Virus record (IMG/VR): IMGVR_UViG_2889931527_000001
Source of the DNA: a virus
Taxonomy: Duplodnaviria; Caudoviricetes
Length of the DNA stretch: 64,000 nt
Direction: 5' to 3' (one strand)
The position numbers and the translations under genes are program-made. The notes under the pieces are model-generated. The model did not search any database. It was given only the letters and a program-made list of their open reading frames with translations, and was not told where the DNA came from. Positions 58,349-64,000 of this stretch are shown here, one piece after another; position 1 is the stretch's first letter; each line of letters starts with the position of its first letter.

Positions 58349-59023
58349 CTAATTCTGCAAGCTTTGTATTAGCCTCGAAAAATTCTGCATTATTGGGAAA
58401 TGGTTATCTAGTACATAGAACTGCCGATCTTGCCCATCTTTCAAGAAGAATACTTGTTTATCCCGTGCTGAGCTATTTAGGCTCTCCCTATGTAAGCATA
58501 CAAAATAGTCTAATGTCTTTTCTTCTGGAAGCCGTTCCTGGGTATATCCTTTTGTACTTCTGTCATATTTATAACCGAACTCTTTATATAATCGTTGTTT
58601 TCCAATACGAGTTTTAAAAGCGAACATCGCTAATTTTATATGTTTTGTTTCATCATGCAATTGGAAAAATTTATTTTTTTCAATCGTTTCTGTTAAATCA
58701 TCCAAGGTTGCATTTCCCTTGACTTCTATAACCATTATGCAATCATTTGGTTCAACCAGGAAAATGTCTCCGGATAGTTGACGTCTATAAAAATTTTTCC
58801 TACATACGATGATGTCACATTGTGGGCTTTGATGATTGGCCCAAGCAATAAAGCCGGTAACAAATTCTAGCATTTGAAACCGTTCCTGAAGACATTTTTT
58901 GAGAATATTTTCTCCACATCTACCCATCTCAGCATGATGTTTTAACTTTTCAGCTATAAAATATTTGCAAAACAGAAGTTCCTCCGAATATTCCTCATAT
59001 ATCTTTGTAACATCTTCTTCCAT
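58349..59023 (-). CDS. PD-(D/E)xK-like nuclease (DUF6602-like)
   Basis: H..EMG..GE; TGFI...SPQCDIIV; VIEVK. Confidence 0.72.
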   Translation of the reverse strand: MEEDVTKIYEEYSEELLFCKYFIAEKLKHHAEMGRCGENILKKCLQERFQMLEFVTGFIAWANHQSPQCDIIVCRKNFYRRQLSGDIFLVEPNDCIMVIEVKGNATLDDLTETIEKNKFFQLHDETKHIKLAMFAFKTRIGKQRLYKEFGYKYDRSTKGYTQERLPEEKTLDYFVCLHRESLNSSARDKQVFFLKDGQDRQFYVLDNHFPIMQNFSRLIQSLQN

Positions 59024-59041
59024 AATAGACCTCTCACTTAC

Positions 59042-59809
59042 TTAAAACTTTTGTTTAGAAGTCTTTTTGAGCATTTGATAGCCTTCGGTTCCGCTAATTT
59101 CAAGCATCGAATATTTCTTTAGCATTTTCTCTAAACTTATACGGATTTGGACAGGGGTATAAGAAGTTAATGCCCCTTGGTTAATGATAGACTTCGTCCA
59201 ATTTCTTTGCTGATTGTAGAGACTCCAAAAACGATTCATATCAAAGTTGGGATTCTGTGCCGCTATTTGTTGCACCATTGCGTTAAGGGTATTTCGATCC
59301 GTTTCCGAAACGCCTTGCGGAATCATATTTCCCATAGCAGAAGTGATGTTTTGCGCTGTAACTCCTGTGCAAGCATTATTAAGATCGGCCATAATAAACT
59401 GCGATTCTATATTTGCTAAAACATTTTGTGTTATCTGAAAGGAATTCTTTTGGAATGACTTCATGAGCATCTGTTGTTCCTGAATCTCTGACACATACTC
59501 ATATAGTTGATTCAGTGCTGTATAGCTGGTCGCGTCCATTTTTCGGACAAAGTAATGTTTGTACTTGTTCCAATAATCCGTATCCATCAGGGGTAGTGAT
59601 TCATAGAACGCCGTTTCGTTTAATTGTCCGTCAACAATGAACGTAGAGATTTCCCTTAACCGCTCCTGGAACTCATCAATTTGAAGGACGATAAGAGAAG
59701 CTGCATCAATCTTTTTCTTCCGTTCCTGCAATATGTAAGTTGCAAGGGCAAAGCTGCCTACAATAATAAGCAAAATGTTTGCCCAGTTTTCTGAAATAAA
59801 TTTTACCAT
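59042..59809 (-). CDS. Hypothetical protein with N-terminal TM helix
   Basis: WANILLIIVGSFALATYIL. Confidence 0.7.
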   Translation of the reverse strand: MVKFISENWANILLIIVGSFALATYILQERKKKIDAASLIVLQIDEFQERLREISTFIVDGQLNETAFYESLPLMDTDYWNKYKHYFVRKMDATSYTALNQLYEYVSEIQEQQMLMKSFQKNSFQITQNVLANIESQFIMADLNNACTGVTAQNITSAMGNMIPQGVSETDRNTLNAMVQQIAAQNPNFDMNRFWSLYNQQRNWTKSIINQGALTSYTPVQIRISLEKMLKKYSMLEISGTEGYQMLKKTSKQKF

Positions 59810-59822
59810 CTATCAGGACTCC

Positions 59823-60644
59823 TCACTGCAAATCAAGCACCCGTTCAATTTTTTTCTTCTTTTTATCAATTAGTGCAGCAATAAATTGTTCGTAGGATTC
59901 TTCAGGATACAAAGGATTTTTCTCTGTTTCATACTCGTATCCGCCTGTAATTCCTCGTGCCAACTCTGCTAATGTTTTTAATGCTTGTGCAAATGGAATA
60001 TCTTCGGGATTTTTTATCTTGGAAATCGTTGGTTCTATATGATTATATAAGATTTTAAGTTGTTCAAGATGTTCTTCTAAAATTAATGGTTTCCCAGTTA
60101 CAGGAAAAATATGTTTCATTCGGCGTTCAAGAATATGAGATAATTCTTCTTCTGTAACTTGCTCATCGGATGTTCCGCGTCGTATGTAAATAGTAGCAGG
60201 CTTAATACTGGAACCTTCTTTTCGAGATATAAACGGTAAAAATTGAGGAGTATCTTCAACAAAAAGCATTTGGAATTGTTTTCCCTTCAATGCCTCGTAC
60301 TCAGATGTTTGATAGCTAAAATCATATACATCATACTTCAGGCTGGAAGAAAGGTACGGCTTTATCCATGCCCCTATCTGCTCTTTTGCTTGTAACTCTT
60401 TTAACCCATCACATGAAAATGTCTTATCATCGTTTTCATGTACGCCAAAAACAACAATGCCACCGCCGTAATTTGCTAAGGCGAGCATTAATTTTGCCAG
60501 CTTGTCTTTCTCAATCCACTCTTGTTTAAAATCGATGGCATTGTGTTCGCCAGTTTGGTCCTGCAAAAATTCACGAAAGTGATCCAATGTTGGCTCTTGA
60601 AGAAGTCGATATACAGTATCTTTTATTTGTTTAGGGAATTCCAT
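59823..60644 (-). CDS. Schlafen/AlbA_2-domain protein
   Basis: GEHNAIDFK; ALANYGGGIVVFGV; YIRRGTS. Confidence 0.85.
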   Translation of the reverse strand: MEFPKQIKDTVYRLLQEPTLDHFREFLQDQTGEHNAIDFKQEWIEKDKLAKLMLALANYGGGIVVFGVHENDDKTFSCDGLKELQAKEQIGAWIKPYLSSSLKYDVYDFSYQTSEYEALKGKQFQMLFVEDTPQFLPFISRKEGSSIKPATIYIRRGTSDEQVTEEELSHILERRMKHIFPVTGKPLILEEHLEQLKILYNHIEPTISKIKNPEDIPFAQALKTLAELARGITGGYEYETEKNPLYPEESYEQFIAALIDKKKKKIERVLDLQ

Positions 60645-60654
60645 ATGTTTTACC

Positions 60655-61800
60655 TCACCCAAAGTATTCCTGCATTAGCGCCTTTTTCAGCGTTTCAAGC
60701 TTTTCAAGGCTTTTGCTGATGGTGGTTTTTGTTTTTTCTGTTTGATCCACAAAGTTCTCAAAAGTTTCTTGTTGAGCATAAGGGTATAAAGGAACTTCGA
60801 CTTTACCTAGATCTTTACTTCTGATTCCTTGTGCCGTTCCTCCGGTTTTATACATAGCTATATCTTTGATAAATTTGTCTGTCTGCATATATGCACATAA
60901 AAAAGCATTATTGATTATTCCCCTATGTCCTTGGATGGTGATTACTCTTTGCCCAAGTGCAAATTTAGTTAACCCTTGAGGAACTTGACAGGCATTTCCA
61001 AATGTATGGCCTTCAGTAACAAATAAAACATCTCCTGGATATCCAAATCCTCTATGCATCCAGCTATCATATGTCTTTTCTGTTACATATTCTTCAACAT
61101 ATTTGAAAACACCTTTTCCAACGGATTTTGCATTTACCATTCGTATGTTTCCGTCGTCAGAAAGTGTAGGAGTATGTCCTCTATAATCAACAAACTCCGT
61201 ATTATCACTCAACATTCCATAAGTACAAGCACTTAGATCAAACATCTCCACAAACCTTGCCTTAATAAGCAAATCCAGCTTGTCCAGCTGCTGGCGGCGT
61301 TTGGCAATCAGGTCGCTGACTTTGTCCAGCACCGCCGCAATTTTGCGCTGTTCGTCAATGGGTGGGAGCGATATTGTTAAGTTTCCAATCTGCTTCAAAT
61401 AAATACCTTTCTGCGCTACACCTCTGGATTCCTGCTCAAGATATGGGCGCATATTTTGTAAGTAATACATGAGGAATCGATTATAGACAATATCTGATTT
61501 CGGTTTAAGGACAGCTACACTACGTTGAACACAGATTTTAGTCAATTCGTTAGGCACAATAGCCACACGACCGATTGTGCCAACAATAGTCATAAGAAGA
61601 TCATCTGGTTCAATATTTGTTCGTTTGTTTTCTGTATCAAAATCGTCTTTGGACAAATACCGTGGATCGTCTAGCGTGATGCTATCGTCATCAATATTTT
61701 TTGAACTTAGCATCAAATACGAGCTTTCCCCAACACTGACAGGTGGGTTGTGACTTCCATCCGTAATCTGCGTACAAATATCTCCTAATCTCACCATCAC
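60655..61800 (-). CDS. hsdS: Type I R-M specificity subunit
   Basis: Two TRDs; LPPIDEQRKIAAVLDK; LMQEYFG. Confidence 0.93.
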   Translation of the reverse strand: MMVRLGDICTQITDGSHNPPVSVGESSYLMLSSKNIDDDSITLDDPRYLSKDDFDTENKRTNIEPDDLLMTIVGTIGRVAIVPNELTKICVQRSVAVLKPKSDIVYNRFLMYYLQNMRPYLEQESRGVAQKGIYLKQIGNLTISLPPIDEQRKIAAVLDKVSDLIAKRRQQLDKLDLLIKARFVEMFDLSACTYGMLSDNTEFVDYRGHTPTLSDDGNIRMVNAKSVGKGVFKYVEEYVTEKTYDSWMHRGFGYPGDVLFVTEGHTFGNACQVPQGLTKFALGQRVITIQGHRGIINNAFLCAYMQTDKFIKDIAMYKTGGTAQGIRSKDLGKVEVPLYPYAQQETFENFVDQTEKTKTTISKSLEKLETLKKALMQEYFG

Positions 61801-63329
61801 AACATCACCTCCAATTCCGCCAGCCCTGCGGTGATCTCCAGTTCCAGCTCGTGCAGGTCTGCCATCAGTTCCGTGGTCGAGGGGTACTCCACCGGCACAT
61901 ACTCCACCTTTTTGTACTTGTTGATGGATAAGTCATAGTCATTGTCCGCAATTTCCTGTTTCGGCACAAAAAAGCTCTGCTCCGTGCGCTTGCGGTCGGC
62001 TTCCTGGTCTAGATGATGGAACCGCTCGATGATGTCGGGGATGTCATTCTCCGCCACCTCGCTGCGCTTATCGTCCAGGGAAAAGCCGTCGGCCTTCATA
62101 TCATAAAACCACACGTTTTCCGTACCGCCCGCGCCGGTTTTGGTGAACACCAGCACCGCCGTGGACACGCCCGCGTAAGGCTTGAACACGCCGGAGGGCA
62201 TAGAGATCACCGCCCGCAGCTGATGGTTCTCCACCAGTTCTTTGCGAATAGCTTTGTGTGCCTTGGAGGAGCCGAACAGCACGCCGTCCGGCACAATGCA
62301 GGCACACTGACCACCCTTTCTCAGCATCCGCAGGAACAGGGCCAGAAACAACAGCTCAGTCTTTTTAGTGTTGGTCACGGCTTTCAGGTTGTCGTGGATG
62401 CTTTCTGCGTCCACCGTGCCCTTGAAAGGCGGATTTGCCAGACACATGGTAAACTTATCGCTGATCTGGTTCTGCTTGGAAACACTGTCCTTGTAGTCGA
62501 TCTCCGGGTGGCTGATGGAGTGCAGCATCAGGTTCATCGCAGAAATGCGCAGCATGGTGCGGTCTGTGTCAAAGCCGGTGAAAGCGTCCCCAGCAAAGTG
62601 CTCCCACTGCTCGGAAGTCATGGTATCCTCGTAGTGGTTGCGAATGTACTCCGCGGCGGAGACCAGAAAGCCTGCCGTGCCGCAGGCCGGGTCGCAGATG
62701 GTGTCATCCGGGGTGGGTTGCAACAACTCCACCATCATTTCCCGGATGTGCTTGGGAGTGCGAAACTGGCCGTTCTGTCCAGCGGTGGCCAGTTTGCCCA
62801 GCATGTACTCGTACAAGTCGCCCTGCATATCCAGATCGGCAATGTCATGCTCATACAGGTCATCCAACCCTGTGATGATTTTTTGCAACACCTGCGGCGT
62901 AGGAATCAGGAACATCGCATCGCTCATGTACCGGGCAAAGGCCGTCTCATTCTGCGCATCACTGCTGGAATCGTCGGCGATTTCCACCAGTTCCCCCTGC
63001 TCGGTGAAGTCCGGCAGGCGGCCATGTTTCATGTTTTTGATAGCAGGGAAGACCCGCTGGGAAATTACATTGAAAATATCGCGGGGATCGTTGTTCTTGA
63101 ATTTACTCCAGCGCATGGACTGTCCAACGGCAGACTGGGGGAAAATCTTCTCCATTTTCTCGCCGGTCATATGCTCAAATTCTTCCGTTTCCAGCTCTTT
63201 TTCGTCCAGAGAGCGGATAAACATAAGATAGGTCAGCTGTTCGATGACGGTTAGAGGATTGGTAATGCCGCCCGCCCAGATGTCCGTCCAGATTTTATCT
63301 ACTTTATTTTTAATCACACCTGTAATCAT
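61797..63329 (-). CDS. hsdM: Type I R-M N6-adenine methyltransferase
   Basis: GQFRTP; DPACGTAGFL; NPPF. Confidence 0.95.
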   Translation of the reverse strand: MITGVIKNKVDKIWTDIWAGGITNPLTVIEQLTYLMFIRSLDEKELETEEFEHMTGEKMEKIFPQSAVGQSMRWSKFKNNDPRDIFNVISQRVFPAIKNMKHGRLPDFTEQGELVEIADDSSSDAQNETAFARYMSDAMFLIPTPQVLQKIITGLDDLYEHDIADLDMQGDLYEYMLGKLATAGQNGQFRTPKHIREMMVELLQPTPDDTICDPACGTAGFLVSAAEYIRNHYEDTMTSEQWEHFAGDAFTGFDTDRTMLRISAMNLMLHSISHPEIDYKDSVSKQNQISDKFTMCLANPPFKGTVDAESIHDNLKAVTNTKKTELLFLALFLRMLRKGGQCACIVPDGVLFGSSKAHKAIRKELVENHQLRAVISMPSGVFKPYAGVSTAVLVFTKTGAGGTENVWFYDMKADGFSLDDKRSEVAENDIPDIIERFHHLDQEADRKRTEQSFFVPKQEIADNDYDLSINKYKKVEYVPVEYPSTTELMADLHELELEITAGLAELEVML

Positions 63330-63553
63330 GCATCTATTCCTCCGTTTTCTGTATCAGGGATAAATTCCATCACGTCTCCGATATTGCATCCCAGCACGGT
63401 GCAGATTTTTTCCATGCTGTCCATGGAGACAGGCTCACCTTTACTTAATCGTGCTAAAACATTGGTGCTGATTTTTGCACGGTGCATCATGTCGGTTTTG
63501 CTCAAACCATGGTCGATCAACTGTTTCCACAGCCGATTGTAACTGATTGCCAT
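63326..63553 (-). CDS. Cro/C1-type HTH regulator heading the hsd operon
   Basis: SYNRLWKQLID...EKICTVLGCNIGDVMEF; overlaps the hsdM start. Confidence 0.85.
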   Translation of the reverse strand: MAISYNRLWKQLIDHGLSKTDMMHRAKISTNVLARLSKGEPVSMDSMEKICTVLGCNIGDVMEFIPDTENGGIDA

Positions 63554-63709
63554 CCCGCACCTCCTGATTTTTCCTATTTACTAGTATAACGGAAATTGTG
63601 CTAAAAGACAAATAAAAATCACGAAATCGTGAGCTATTGATTGACAAAAACGTGGTCTGGATATTGGAATCCCAGACCACGTTTTGCTTTGAGTAAGACA
63701 GGCTTGCCA

Positions 63710-64000
63710 TCAAATCATTTGAAAATGCTTTAGTACATCCATAATTGCAGCTTCCTTTTCCGGCGGGCACTGTGGCACTTTCGCGTCTTCTTTCTTTGAC
63801 AGATTATAATTCTGTCCCACATCTAGCCCGCACTTCCGCTTAACCTAGGAGATATACAGGCTGGACACCTTCAGGCCGTGCTTTTCCGGCACATAGGCTT
63901 TGATCTCATCATAGGTGGCTTTACTCTCCGCCGATGTCAAATCCAGCTCGTCCAGATTCAACTCCACCTCGATATGCTGCTTGGTATTGAGTTTGGACAA
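63710..64000 (-). pseudogene. RlmD-type C-terminal extension with an in-frame TAG; 5' part outside the window
   Basis: LSKL...ELDLTSAESKATYDEIKAYV...VSSLYIS*VKRKCG...CPPEKEAAIMDALKHFQMI; stop at 63845-63847. Confidence 0.65.

Larger units (their letters stand above)
48054..63600. mobile_element. Integrative mobilizable element/defence island next to an rlmD-type 3' end
   Basis: Relaxase, primase, zinc-finger and R-M genes; boundaries approximate; no recombinase seen. Confidence 0.7.

Noticed and set aside
56170-63254. Long plus-strand ORFs opposite hsdR and hsdM (also 38442-39539 opposite the tail tube gene)
   Set aside because: Shadow ORFs arising from the codon bias of the real genes.

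Overview
The window holds two mobile regions from a Bacillota (probably Clostridia) genome. (1) Positions 1-47797 are the right part of a large, rearranged and probably defective prophage that ends at a tRNA-Pro(GGG) 3'-fragment (attR). It carries early small genes, three paralogous RHH/86-aa/antirepressor cassettes, a tyrosine recombinase and tail/baseplate genes. It also has terminase, portal, protease, a truncated capsid gene, a TnpB element with a matching miniature element, and an IS110. A ~6.5-kb RNA-rich operon (41.1-47.6 kb) contains canonical tRNAs, tRNA-like RNAs with aberrant anticodon arms, and several long ORF-free candidate ncRNAs. (2) Positions ~48000-64000 are a mobilizable island (MobV relaxase, P4-type primase, CHC2 zinc finger) carrying a type I R-M operon with four cargo genes between hsdS and hsdR, next to an rlmD-type 3' fragment. 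The most notable signals are: two families of repeated terminator/antiterminator RNA switches ahead of the phage operons; an IS110 bridge RNA whose target guides read a Shine-Dalgarno sequence; the tRNA-mimic/large-ncRNA operon; and an Ig-like tail domain split across two in-frame genes. Family assignments come from motif recognition only; no searches were run.
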